From NCBI RefSeq assembly GCF_964355755.1, contig NC_092674.1, forward strand, positions 28,334,001 to 28,398,000: DNA of 64,000 nt. Direction: 5' to 3'. The notes below the pieces were generated by a model. That model saw nothing but the letters and a program-made list of their open reading frames with translations. It made no database searches and was not told the DNA's origin. Shown piece after piece: positions 1 to 13,200 of this stretch. This DNA comes from Antedon mediterranea. Lineage: Eukaryota; Animalia; Echinodermata. The first letter of the stretch is position 1. Every line of letters begins with the position of its first letter. The translations under genes and the position numbers were made by a program.

Positions 1-171
1 ATTTCTATTACCATTCCCGCTCGTCTGTGTAAATTGGCCTTAAAACTTGGTTCCCATTAAGCGTGGTTCCCACTAGCGACGCAACGCAAGGACGTAACGC
101 AACGTAAGTAAAGCGTGGTTCCCACTAGCGACGCAACACAAGGACGTATACACGTGTATAATGTATCTTAC

Positions 172-1164
172 CTCTCTGTCAATGGCGAGCAATTCAACGT
201 TATTCTGGCACCTGACGCTTGCATTACGGGTAGCATGATGAATTAAAGCAAGCTCCTAAAAAATAATAATGCTGGCTCTAAAAATGTTCAATAGTCTATT
301 TACCAGGTGTCCCATCTTTCCCATGATTGTTTAAAGCGTGGTTCCCACTAGCGACGCAACGCAAGGCCGTAACGCAACGCAAGTGGATTGACCAATCACA
401 AGCGATGGCTTATTCGCTTGTGATTGCTAACTGTCTATAACTTCGCTTGTCATTGGTTAAAACGCTTGCGTTGCGTTTACGTCCTTGCGTTACGTTCTAG
501 TGGGAACCAAGCTTAACGGCGCAACGCAACGACGTATTGACGCAAAGTGCTGCATTGCGTAATCACAAGTGGGAACCGACGACGCAACAGTGCTGCAAAC
601 ATCGCAGGTTTGATTTCACGCAGGCGGGGGAAAACACAATTATTGGAAGGGCATTTTCTTACGTTGCGTAGGTTGCGTCGCTATTGAAGGAACCACGCTT
701 TAAATCAGGTATATGTTTTCACAGAATAGATTTGTTCGTAAAGAAAACAAAGGCCTACCCCAAAACTGTCACCATTTCGTAGGAAAGCCACGTCATCAGT
801 CCTCTTCTCGCCAGTAACCGGGTGTTTACTTGTGACATTCACAACTGCCGTCCCAGACAAGATTAGGTAAAACTGTTCGGCTCTATGTCCCTGGCGTATT
901 ATCAACCTTCCTTCTTCAAAACTAGGAAAGATTATTGAAAATTATATGGAGATGATACCATATAAACTCTATTTTGTCGTCATAAAAGAACAAACAATAT
1001 ACTTACGTATGATACTTTTTAACTACTAAAGACGAATTCATATCGACGAGCGGTAACCATTTACACAAGGAGTGCGCAGCGGATAAGCGGTTCTCGCTAA
1101 GGATAGATACACCTTGAGCCTTGAGCCTTGAGCACTCTGGAGTGGTATGTGCGCTATACAAATC

Positions 1165-1196
<32 letters not shown>

Positions 1197-4100
1197 CAGG
1201 TTGTACGTGGAACAAACTACGCGGTTTTCCACTTACCGTTACCGCTCGTCTGTGTAAATTGGCCTTAAGACAGTAGGTCTAATTGCGTCAAGGACCAAGT
1301 CAGACGGTTGGCCCTGTCGCTGAAAGCTTAGTATATATACTTTGCGAAACATTCGTTTTTTAACCTAATACATATTGAAATACATACAGTACAGCACATG
1401 TTTTCCTATTGGTTTACCAGCCACTTAAGCGAGTTGACCAAGCGACTGTTCGAAAATCCCATTGCTTGTGATTGATCAAATCACTTAAGCTTGGTTCCCA
1501 CTAGAACGTAACACAAAGACGTAAACGCAACGCAAGCGTTTCAACCAATGACAAGCGAAGTTATAGACAGTTAGCAATCACAAGCGAATAAGCCATCGCT
1601 TGTGATTTGTCAATTCACTTGCGTTGCGTTACGTCATTGCGTTGGTCCCTAGTGGGAACCAAGGTTTAGTTTGTTCTTGCAAACTCACCTCTCAAACCAT
1701 CCTACTCGGACGATTGATTGCTGCATCTTGACGGGAAATTCCCTGAAGGTTGCCATACACATGTGTAAAGAAACCAGTGCCTAGAACAAAATATAAACAA
1801 TAATATACTCTGTCTTATAAAATAAAAAGACTATACAGTATTTACTATTGGTTTGTACATTTAGAAGTGTATTGTAGGTCATAATTGTTTTGTTTTTTTG
1901 TCTTGTGTGGGTTCGTCCCACTTTTATTATAGTTCTATAAATATAATAATATATGTATATATGCACATTTATATAATTCTGTTATTTATAAGGTACATTG
2001 TTAAAAAAATACATATCTTTTGAACAGTATATACATAAGACTAAGATTATTTTGATGTTAAGAAGTAACCACATTTACATTCATATACATTTTTAAAAAT
2101 ACAATTAATTAAAATATGTCGATGGCAGTAAACTGACGATAAAAATTGATTTAAAAAAAACGTACTTATGAAAAAGTTATTATTGTTGTTTTATTCTGTT
2201 CGTGTCCATTGTCTGGGTAGAGAGGCTATAAACTCAGGGGAAGAATATAAAGAATCTTCCCTTTTCACCAAGAAAAAATGGATGAGATGAAAACGAAGAA
2301 TGCAAAAGCTTGAAAAAAGGGTGTTTAGAATGGATAGGATGGAATGATATATATAATGAAAACCGTAAGGTTAGAGTCCATACACATAACATAATTGTTA
2401 GTATAATAATATGCGGCAGTCTTTCACAAGTTTTTACTTCTTTGATTCAACCTTTCTTGATTTAAATACGTTTTTCCTTATTATATTTTTATGTTGTATA
2501 AAAATAAATAAAGGTATTGATTCCTTAATTGATAAAACACTTACGGTTTTAATATCTTCTTCTGAGCGATTTTCCGGCAATTGTATCAGTATTTGTTTCA
2601 CATCTTTGTTCAGTTGTCTCTTTATAAAGAAAAACGTAAACAAAAATGGTAAACAGAATGAAATGATACGGTTAAAATATATCAATGTAATCAGGAGTAA
2701 TAGAACAGTATTATATACAAGAAACGGTCGCAGTGTAAATAGCCATTTCATTAGATCTTTATTACGACTAGTTACCGTACAATGATGACGTTTTTTACCT
2801 GTCGTTTTGCTTTGTAATAGCTGACGTCAAATGCCAATTCAGAAGTGTCTTCTTTGTTCGTGGTAGTATAGCCAAAACTAAGGGCAATATTTTTCCTTCT
2901 AGAAAATTAAAATTAACAACATTTTTATTTCATACTATAACAAAAAATGTAAATTTCAGTGTTTTTAAGCACTACTCAATGTAGACACAATAACGAGTTA
3001 AGCTCTGGCCTAACTATTCACCGACGTTATGATGCGGATTTTATCCTACTTTGCTAAAGTGTGGTTCCCACTAGAACGCAACGCAGCGACGTATCGACGC
3101 AAAGTGCTGTATTACGTAATCACAAGTGGGAACCGACGACGCAACAGTGCTGCAAACATCGCAGGTTTGCTTTCACGCAGGCGCGGCGGGGGGAAAACAA
3201 TTATTGGAAGGGCATTTTCTTACGTTGCGTAGGTTGCGTTACGTTGCGTATCTAGTGGGAACCAAGCTTAAAAATCAAATCAGTACACTCCTGTTGAATA
3301 GGTCTACTATACTTTACCGGTTTGGATTTGCCGTCAGAATTATCTGAACTTTCCGTACTGCTTTCCGAAAACGGTCTAAACTCTAAAATGAAAAATTACC
3401 TAAGTTGTAACAAAACAATTAAACATTTCAGCACATTTCATGGCACAGTCAAGTGTACTTATGGTATTATATGCCTTACGCCCGTATTCTTAAACCGAAC
3501 TTTAGTCGTAGTTCGAGCTAAAACTAAAAAAATGACGTAAAACTAAAAAAATGACGTAAAAAACGTAACAGTCATTGAGTTGTTATATTGGCCAGATATT
3601 GAAGAATGAAATATCTATATTTATATTAGCTTAATTAAATATACATTGGTATAAGTTACAATAATGAAAATCATCTTTATTTACAACTGTATACAAATTA
3701 CATTATTTTCTTCGCGCAAGTCCGACTTGAACTACGTCACGCCATAGCGACAATTAAATGGGCCGGGAGATGCGGCAATTCACCACGCAATGTAATGTTT
3801 AGGGGGCCTAGCGCTTTCTTGTCACGCTATGAAGTACGTGGTTCGTCTCGATCAAACTTTGTTGGAGGCCTAGAAAATATGAAAGTTACCGTACCGCCAT
3901 GGTTCCTAAATATATTTTGAAGATTTTGTTTGTTGTTAATCAAAAGTACTTCACTGTTAAATTAATACTGATCTTGTTCTAATAATTAACGATTAAAATT
4001 ATTTTTCATGTATATAGGCTAGTCCTGATGCGTAAAAAGTTTTGTAAGAAAATGGAAAGTGATCAATTCGCACAATTTCGTCTGCTCCTCAAAATACTCT

Positions 4101-4656
4101 CTTGTCATTGGCCAATGTTTAGCCTTTGTTACCCAGACGTGTGCAACTCGACTAAAAGCTCGACTTCATTAAGTCGAACTATAAACTTCGACTACTTCGT
4201 TTTTTAATCGAATTTGAAGTAATAGCTCGAACTACGACTTTTTCAAGTCGAACTTCGAACTACGACTAAAGTCCGGTTTAAGAATACGGGCGTAAGACTT
4301 GTATATACAATACTATTGTGACGGTACTGTTACTTTTATACATTCACATTTATTCAGCAATATATATTTACATTGTTATATTATACAATATTACAGGGAT
4401 CTTACAGACAAAAAAGGGTTTATTTTATGTAGTCTTAAGACCCTTTGAAAATTAATTATCACAAAGAAAATCATGAAGTTATATACAAGTTGAGAAAGAA
4501 AAAAAAATATCGGAAAATTAAAGTTAAATGACGTATACTCACATTTATTTTATCACTACCTGTTCGGTGCTTGGTAACGGGTCTTGTAATAGCAAAATAT
4601 GCTTGTAGCGAGTGTGCAGGCCAGGAAATCTGGGCATTGCGTCGTAGGTTTTCCAT
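172..4656 (-). CDS. Cyclic nucleotide-binding domain protein, CNBD2-like, paralogue A (3' part runs off the left edge)
   Basis: Exons in transcript order: 4543..4656, 3318..3382, 2799..2898, 2545..2619, 1689..1780, 759..921, 172..255. All introns are GT-AG with compatible phases. Translation includes SLDRFRKAVRKV, LAFDVSYYKAKRQ, FREFPVKMQQSIVRVGWFESFEEGRLIIRQGHRAEQFYLILSG and GDSFG-ELALIHHATRNASVRCQNNVELLAIDRE, a cNMP-binding beta-barrel with phosphate-binding cassette. The first exon is the least certain. Confidence 0.88.
335..513. mobile_element. PIF/Harbinger-type MITE family A (TIR AGCKTGGTTCCCACTAG)
   Basis: Inverted termini with TAA on both sides. Further copies or fragments at 60..148, 517..700, 1488..1665, 3058..3268, 7586..7764, 15645..15800, 19672..19830, 35416..35568 and 58951..60556 (split). 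Confidence 0.85.
1045..1265. mobile_element. MITE family B fragment interrupted by a retroposon 3' tail ending in (TTA)n
   Basis: Right TIR CCGCTCGTCTGTGTAAATTGGCCT; insert at about 1112..1194 ends GCGCTATACAAATC(TTA)n, resembling L2-type tails. Confidence 0.6.
1488..1665. mobile_element. MITE family A copy
   Basis: TTA|AGCTTGGTTCCCACTAG ... CTAGTGGGAACCAAGGT|TTA; reverse complement of the 335..513 copy. Confidence 0.85.
3058..3268. mobile_element. MITE family A, subfamily A2 (different internal sequence)
   Basis: Same TIRs, TAA flanks; interior shared with 517..700 and with the split copy at 58951..60556. Confidence 0.85.
3479..4292. mobile_element. 814-bp non-autonomous TIR element, probably Harbinger-type
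   Basis: About 40-bp TIR CGCCCGTATTCTTAAACCGAACTTTAGTCGTAGTTCGA / TCGAACTACGACTAAAGTCCGGTTTAAGAATACGGGCG; TTA/TAA flanks; no transposase ORF. Confidence 0.8.
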
Positions 4657-5689
4657 CGCAATAGTAGGCCTATCTTATCACCCCCAAGTAGGCCTAGCTT
4701 AGCAAATCAACAAGACTGTGGTACCCCATTAGCACCGGTTCGTTAAATCAACCTTCCACCATTTAGCACATCATTGAAATGTTTTTTCTTGTGTGTGCTT
4801 TAACATTATGAACAACTCGCATGTTGCCTAGGTTTTCAATGTATCTTGAAAAAATGTTAACATTTCTAACAACGGAGAAGATCCTGGATGGCCGAAAGGC
4901 GTTATTATTACCACACTTAACATTGATAAATGTATTGTTTCGTTTCGGGTTAGGTACCTGTTTTTAGTATGTACCTTTTATATTGTAATTATTTTTTATT
5001 CAGCAAAGGCAAAACGGTATAACCAAAGAGCTTTCGCTAGTCAATTATTTACACCTGATTAACAAATATAATACTGTCCAGTGCAAACGATTTTGATAAT
5101 ATAATTATACAATAATGTAAGAAAACACAATAATGACAAAAAGAAAGAGGTGGGCCAGCATTAATCAGTATCTCGATAATAGTAGTTCAGTTATATTTTT
5201 TACGAAATTAATTTTTGATGTATTATTTTTTATGTCGAGTGATAAATTATTCCAAAATTTTGTGCCAGTAAACGAAATTCTAAATTAACCAGCCATAGTA
5301 CGGGCTTTTGGGATAGATAAGTTATTACCTTTTTTAAACCTATGAGGGTTTTAAGGAACCAGAAAGTTTACTTTTTAAACGGATGAGCTACAATGTTAAT
5401 TTGAAGGTTATAATAAAGATCAGTTCGCCCTCTATAGTTATATTTCTATTAGCAGTTGTTTCTTTCATTTCAACAAAATGCTAGAGAACCCTTTGTGTTA
5501 TTGTTGTCGCAATAATTGCGGCGGATTATTTTTAACGTGTTTGTTTGTGGAAATGAAAAAGAGAATGATTTTTTTACTCCATGCTTACACGAAAATTCAA
5601 TCCACAGTAAACTTTTAAAGCAAATATGCCAAGACACCAACTTATAGTTATGCAATCAGTGTAATAATAAAGTATTGTTTTTCTAACTC

Positions 5690-6260
5690 AAGAAAAAACA
5701 CACGCCCACTGTGGTGAAAGAGAAACACTTTATCACTTTGTGTTCAATTGTACTAGATTAACTAATACTAGAAATTCAATATTTAAAAGACTTAGAGAAG
5801 AGCTATACCGCAATGATTTACATAAAATCTGGGAGCTATTTACATCAAGCTCTGATGAACTTAAACACCATCTATTTTTTGACAATCTCGAAATCCATAA
5901 CGAATACCAAATTGCAACAACAGAATCTATACCCCATGTTAATTATGAAATGACAAGTAATATCTTTGACAAATTTTATAAATTATTCTTAACAATTGCA
6001 TGGAAAGAACGCAATGAAATTTATAATACTTTTTAATTACTTGATTGATTTTTGTACTACATATTTAAATATACAGTACTTTTTACTCTAATTTGTACTT
6101 TAATTTCAGTATTGTTTTTGTTTGTTTTCCTTTTTTATCACTTGTACTTTCATTTATATTGTAATCAATTAAGTGTTTACTATTATTTGTGTATTATATT
6201 ATTTTGTTGCACATCCCTTGTGGATAGTGCCTCTGTTAAAAAAGAGATACAATAAAGTTA
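5690..6260 (+). mobile_element. 3' remnant of a non-LTR retrotransposon ORF2
   Basis: Frame 5701..6036 reads HAHCGERETLYHFVFNCTRL...IAWKERN, a degenerate C-terminal CCHC knuckle; a T-rich UTR and AATAAA at 6251 follow; stops upstream. Confidence 0.65.
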
Positions 6261-7223
6261 TTATAACACTGTCATTTAAGTAACCTGTACATGAAACGTA
6301 AAGAATGACAATACTGCACTCGAACCCACGACCTCCAGATCACTCATACATGGAGTCTCACCCGAGAATTACTTGAGAATTTGTTCGCAAGTATTCTCAA
6401 ATGTAGTTAGTATGAAGTACAAATTACGTCACAGTAGGGCAAAACATCTGACCAATTACTCAACTCCATGACGCATAGCTACTCCACAGTAGTTTAATAC
6501 AATTACAATACTGCATGTGTAATCAATGAATAGAAATTGCATTGAAACATAAATAAAATGTAATTTTATGAGATATAAAAATGTTTAGTAAAGACTATTT
6601 CGAGTTTTGTTAATATCAAGATGAAAACACCTTTTGATCTTTAGAACCTTTCCCCCAACTCATCAAATAACAAACTAATAATAAGTCTTTAGCCTAGTAA
6701 TAATTATATCGTTGTCCCCAGTGCTAACATATTGCCTCGCAACCCCACGCCCAGGACCCAACTGCGTGCCTGCCTTTTGTTAACGGATTAACAAAAGCAC
6801 CGACAAGACTAAGACAGCAATACCTAATCATTAAAGATTCATTAATGGTGTATACAGAGGTAATCAAAGGAAAACAAGGTAGAGAATACCAAGAGACACA
6901 AAAGGCACATTTAACAATGAACGATCGTTTTCCAATCAATAGCACAATTAATTACAAAATAACGTGTAGATGTTGAACGACCGAAGATGCAATACACATT
7001 TTAAGATAATTACACACTGTACTACACCTCAACTTAGGTAGCAACACCTACATTACCTCTATTTTATTTTGTCTTTCCGCAGTTATTATTACTTATATGT
7101 GCTTTTAATCGAATATATGTAACCGTTTTTTATAATAATTGGACCCTATTTCAGGATCGTTATCTTGCGATTGGCCGGGGTATGATATGATTACGATTCG
7201 ATACGGTAGCCGCTGAACAGACG

Positions 7224-10200
7224 ATGTCAGGAAAGTTTAGGCGGTCTAGCACCAGGGTGAGCCCAGCAAGCTCAAATGACTTAAGAAGCAAGTAAGTATA
7301 CACTATTATACGTGTTTTTACCCCCAACAGATCTAGTAACAACAAAGTGTAGATAACTAACCACTTGATATCGATCAAGCAACAAATCATTTGAATATAC
7401 TATTTACTAATGAGAGGTAACATGGTCATTAGGACTCAATTGGAGATGTCTGTTTGTGTGGACATTTTTCGTTTGTGGTAACTAAACTTGAGAATGCCTG
7501 TCAAATTGAAACAATATTTTTGTTAGTTCGGTGTAAATAAAATGGAAAGAAAGAACCTCGCTCGAAGGTAAGTTATCTGTCATGAAGCTTGGTACCCACT
7601 AGAACGTAACGCAAGGACGTAAACGCAACGCAAGCGTTTTAACCAATGACAAGCGAAGTTATAGACAGTTAGCAATCACAAGCGAATACGCCATCACTTG
7701 TGATTGGTCAATTCACTTGCGTTGCGTTACGTCCTTGCGTTGCGTCGCTAGTGGGAACCACGCTTTAGAAACAAACATCTTAGTTCTATTTTAGTTTGGT
7801 GAGGGCGTGTGGCGCAGTATGTTGGGCGTTGGATTACTGATCGTGAGATCGTGGTTCGAATCCTACTCTCGCTTCATTGCTTGTATCCTTAGGCAAGATA
7901 CTTTACTTACGTTTGCCTCTCTCCACCCAGTTTAAGATGGGTACCGGTTAGTATAAGCTAGACACCACTTTGCGCTGATTACTAGCTGCATTATTATGGG
8001 AGTATGTTTCCATACATGTGTGATCCAGTATAATGTGCAGAGCATTGAGAGCTTGCTTATATATGCGCTATATAAGAATAAACTATTATATTATTATCAT
8101 TAGTGACTAGCTAGCTTACAACTATCATAACGAATTTAGACATAATTTGGCGTACGATTCTTAATCTTCTCCGTGTCTTTCTACTTCTAGTTTAGCCACT
8201 CTGGCTTACAACTACCATGACAAAGTAAAAGATGGTTTGTAAGAGCAAGGCTACAATCATCTCTGCTGCCCATTTTGTGTTTTTTTCTCAAAATACCACA
8301 AACAGACAGACGCAGAAACATATTACATATGCATTTAATTTTGTGATAGTTGTCTTTTTTTATACGTTAAGTTTGTGATACGCACTGTTCCCATACAGTA
8401 ATACATTATTATCAACATTATACTGTAATTATTAATTATTAGACGATCATTATGTATTGCACACGACGAAGCAAAAAAGATGGGGACATCGATCAAGGGG
8501 TGGCGGAAACATAACAGCTGGTCCGAAGACAAAAGAGGAAGCACACCCCAGGAAAAGCCCACAGTGAGTGAAATAACAATGTATTGAATAGGATACAATG
8601 CTACAATCTTGTTCTTCGCATGCCCCAGCAAATTGTCCATTTAATAGGGGTTTCACTTGAATAGGGGTCGGCCGTAATGTTAAAATATGTATTTCCCCTC
8701 ATTGTTTTATAGAAAAGTGTCCCCTTAATATAAGTGTACCTTGAATAGTGGTCGGTCGTAGTGTTAAAACATAATATTTTCCTCTCATTGTTTCATAGAA
8801 AAGTGTCCCCTTAATAGAGGTGTATCTTGAATAGTGGTCGGTCGTAGTGTTAAAACATAATATTTTCCTCTCATTGTTTCATAGAAAAGTGTCCCCTTAA
8901 TAGAGGTGTACCTTGAATAGTGGTCGGTCGTAGTGTTAAAACATTATATTTTCCTCTCATTGTTTCATAGAAAAGTGTCCCCTTAATAGAGGTGTATCTT
9001 GAATAGTGGTCGGACGTAGTGTTAAAACATAATATTTTCCCTCATTGTTTCATAGAAAAGTGTCCCCTTAATAGAGGTGTACCTTGAATAGTGGTCGGTC
9101 GTAATGTTAAAACATAATATTTTCCCTCATTGTTTCATAGAAAAGTGTCCCCTTAATAGAGGTGTACCTTGAATAGTGGTCGGTCGTAGTGTTAAAACAT
9201 TATATTTTCCCTCATTGTTTCATAGAAAAGTGTCCCCTTAATATAAGTGTACCTTGAATAGTGGTCGGTCGTAGTGTTAAAACATAATATTTTCCCTCAT
9301 TGTTTCATAGAAAAGTGTCCCCTTAATATAAGTGTACCTTGAATAGTGGTCGGCCGAAGTGTTAAAACATAATATTTTCCCTCATTGTTTCATAGAAAAG
9401 TGTCCCCTTAATATAAGTGTACCTTGAATAGTGGTCGGTCGTAGTGTTAAAACATTATATTTTCCCTCATTGTTTCATAGAAAAGTGTCCCCTTAATAGA
9501 GGTGTATCTTGAATAGTGGTCGGTCGTAGTGTTAAAACATTATATTTTCCCTCATTGTTTCATAGAAAAGTGTCCCCTTAATAGAGGTGTACCTTGAATA
9601 GTGGTCGGTCGTAGTGTTAAAACATTATATTTTCCCTCATTGTTTCATAGAAAAGTGTCCCCTTAATAGAGGTGTATCTTGAATAGTGGTCGGTCGTAGT
9701 GTTAAAACATTATATTTTCCCTCATTGTTTCATAGAAAAGTGTCCCCTTAATATAAGTGTACCTTGAATAGTGGTCGGTCGTAGTGTTAAAACATAATAT
9801 TTTCCCTCATTGTTTCATAGAAAAGTGTCCCCTTAATATAAGTGTACCTTGAATAGTGGTCGGACGTAGTGTTAAAACATTATATTTTCCCTCATTGTTT
9901 CATAGAAAAGTGTCCCCTTAATATAAGTGTACCTTGAATAGTGGTCGGTCGTAGTGTTAAAACATAATATTTTCCCTCATTGTTTCATAGAAAAGTGTCC
10001 CCTTAATATAAGTGTACCTTGAATAGTGGTCGGACGTAGTGTTAAAACATAATATTTTCCCTCATTGTTTCATAGAAAAGTGTCCCCTTAATAGAGGTGT
10101 ACCTTGAATAGTGGTCGGTCGTAGTGTTAAAACATAATATTTTCCCTCATTGTTTCATAGAAAAGTGTCCCCTTAATAGAGGTGTACCTTGAATAGTGGT

Positions 10201-13200
10201 CGGTCGTAGTGTTAAAACATTATATTTTCCCTCATTGTTTCATAGAAAAGTGTCCCCTTAATATAAGTGTACCTTGAATAGTGGTCGGTCGTAGTGTTAA
10301 AACATAATATTTTCCCTCATTGTTTCATAGAAAAGTGTCCCCTTAATATAAGTGTACCTTGAATAGTGGTCGGTCGTAGTGTTAAAACATAATATTTTCC
10401 CTCATTGTTTCATAGAAAAGTGTCCCCTTAATATAAGTGTACCTTGAATAGTGGTCGGTCGTAGTGTTAAAACATTATATTTTCCCTCATTGTTTCATAG
10501 AAAAGTGTCCCCTTAATATAAGTGTACCTTGAATAGTGGTCGGTCGTAGTGTTAAAACATAATATTTTCCCTCATTGTTTCATAGAAAAGTGTCCCCTTA
10601 ATATAAGTGTACCTTGAATAGTGGTCGGTCGTAGTGTTAAAACATAATATTTTCCCTCATTGTTTCATAGAAAAGTGTCCCCTTAATAGAGGCGTATCTT
10701 GAATAGTGGTCGGCCGTAGTGTTAAAACATTATTGTCCTAAAGAAGGGAGTTATACTGAACAAAATATTATGTATTAGATAATAATATCTTGTCTTGTAT
10801 TTTAGCCTTATCAGAGGTTTCGCCGAAAAGCAATGGCAGTTCGATGGCTCTGTAGAGTGTGTATATCAGTCATGAGGTAAGTATATAAATATTAACGGCC
10901 TCATTTCTGTTATACATGAGATAAACTCTTTCCATCAGTCCCATCAAATAAATGATGTAATAAAATGTGGCGTAATAAAACCCATACTATACGTAATACT
11001 AATCTAGTAACAATGACCGTTCAGGTACACTGAAAAAAAAACCCGTTCAATTTACATTTTTTTAATGTAAAAAATTACATCCAACAGCTGTTTTACAAAA
11101 AAAAAACTAGTAAATTTGTGTAAATTTCCGACGAATCACATCTTCTTATTGTAAATGGACATTTTTGCACTATTTAACTGAACATGCGTTGTCTGTTTTC
11201 AAATGTGAGTATCCATACTCTTATTTCCTTATTAGTTTTCAATCTTTCATTTGTATCCATGAATACTTCAGGGTTGCGTCTGAAAACGCATTGAAAGGCA
11301 GCCTACTCGAGGTTATCGAGGAGATCGTGTCATCCGCAGAAGAGGAGGCAAGGCGAACCGGTAATGCTGGTCTTCTACAAAAAGGGATAGTCAGTTCGGC
11401 CTATCCTGATATGACATTCGACGCTTCAGACTTTCAAAGATTTTCAAAACGAGAGGTAAATTATTTTGCGTCATCTCTCGTGGGTACCACCGAATATCGC
11501 ACATGTAACACTTTTATTTTGTGACGTATAAAAAGTTACACATAATAATGTTCTTCACAACCTTTTTGATTTTTTTCAGGAAGGAGTTCCAAAAAAGACA
11601 ATCGAATTTCTAAAACTACAAGAAGATGATCGAACACCAGAACATATTGAAAATGTAAGGTTCTTCAACCTTTCGTCAATACGAATAAATGAATATCAAC
11701 ACATTAATTTATTAGTACAAAAAAATATAAAACAACGACGTTTGTTACTTCTTATTAACAGATTGTTCGTAACATGCAAACGGTGGAAGAGTTTGCCAAG
11801 TATCCTCCAGAAATTCAACGAAAGATGTCAGAGTTCGCGTGGTATAATAAGTAAGTCCAATCGCATTGTTTCTGCAAATGTCCCTGCTGCAGATTACCAA
11901 ACCGATCGATAACTTTCATGTATATACGGTTCTGCTCATAACATATACCGGTATATGATCAACATATCTCCTGCTTCCATCACTTTTACATTGTTTCTAC
12001 ATTGAGCATGCGCAGTAATATCTAGTATACTGAATCTTCTCTCCTATGCTTTACTTCTATTCTGCAATGATATTAAATTACCATGCACAATTGCTATCCT
12101 TCCAGATTCGGACGAAATCGTGTTGTCATAAAAGAAGGCTATGTTGCGGAAGGGTTGTACATCGTGCTTTCTGGACAATGTATGTAAACTCAATATCATA
12201 TAATAATGTTATTACAATGATGTTAGTACGAGTAAAGTAGGCGTTACCGTAAACATTATGCGGAACTCTTTGGTTGAACATATTTGGGTTTTCCCCGAAA
12301 TACTCCTGGAAAATCCTGTAGACTTGATCGGTTTGCACAGAACTTCCTTACATAATATTGTTGTATCTTTCAGTGACAGAAACCTATGGAGGACAAACAT
12401 ATATACTTAAAAAGGGAGATAAATTTGGGGTAAGTTAAGTTAAGCTCTCCCAAAACAGAACTCCCTGAATACAATGCGCAACCGAACTACCCTAGTGAAA
12501 ATTGTCTCCCGCCACCGGACTTATTGAATATCGAGAACTCTCCCTAATCACAAGAAACTCACAAAATTTGTTCATATAATGTAAAATATTTTCTGAAAGT
12601 TTTAAGAAAAAAACATAAATTTCAGTCAAGTATCTAGGTGTGTGAGAGTTGAACGCAATTTAGTGCAAAGAAAAAAGAAAAACGTAAACTATTAGACCCT
12701 GCAGTGAAAATGTATGTGTAAAAGAGTGAAAAGCCAAACTTAAACTAGTGTTGGTGTTTGTTATGTAAATGCAAAAAAAGGCGTCCCATCCAAATTGAAG
12801 CTCTTTCTACGGTATCAAACTTTATGTGACAACAAAATGTGATGTGCTCATTTATGGACATGACGATGTCATATTACTACCATATTTTGGTACATCACAC
12901 TTTTGTTGTCAAACTAGTTTGATAGTGTCTAGACAATTCTTTACAGTCGTCAGCCTGTCATGTAGCTGCTCACAAGCAAAAGACAAATAGGGCTTGGGAA
13001 AATTTTTAGAAAATAATATCAAATTAAATTAAACTGATGAATATGTTTATATAATCGGAAATTACAAATACATATCTGAGTGAGTGGCCGAGCGGTTAAG
13101 ACAGTGGAACCGTAATTAAGTAGCCATAACATCGGCAGGTGTTCGAGGCTCACTCACTCCATGGTTCTGGTGGTAGAACGAGTCTTCTCGGATAAGGACT

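Noticed and set aside
7542-7567. Alternative first exon MERKNLAR with a phase-compatible GTAAGT donor
   Set aside because: Very short and lies in repeat-like sequence; 7224..7291 is the better candidate. It cannot be excluded without transcripts.
7801-7872. tRNA gene candidates (also 13078, 56005, 60044, 63845)
   Set aside because: Box A/B motifs are present but acceptor or anticodon stems do not pair fully, and they are embedded in SINE or HINE bodies.
8657-10731. CRISPR-like regular array (also 26110..26955 and 34358..35462)
   Set aside because: Whole units repeat with no unique spacers, there are no cas genes, and the context is eukaryotic.
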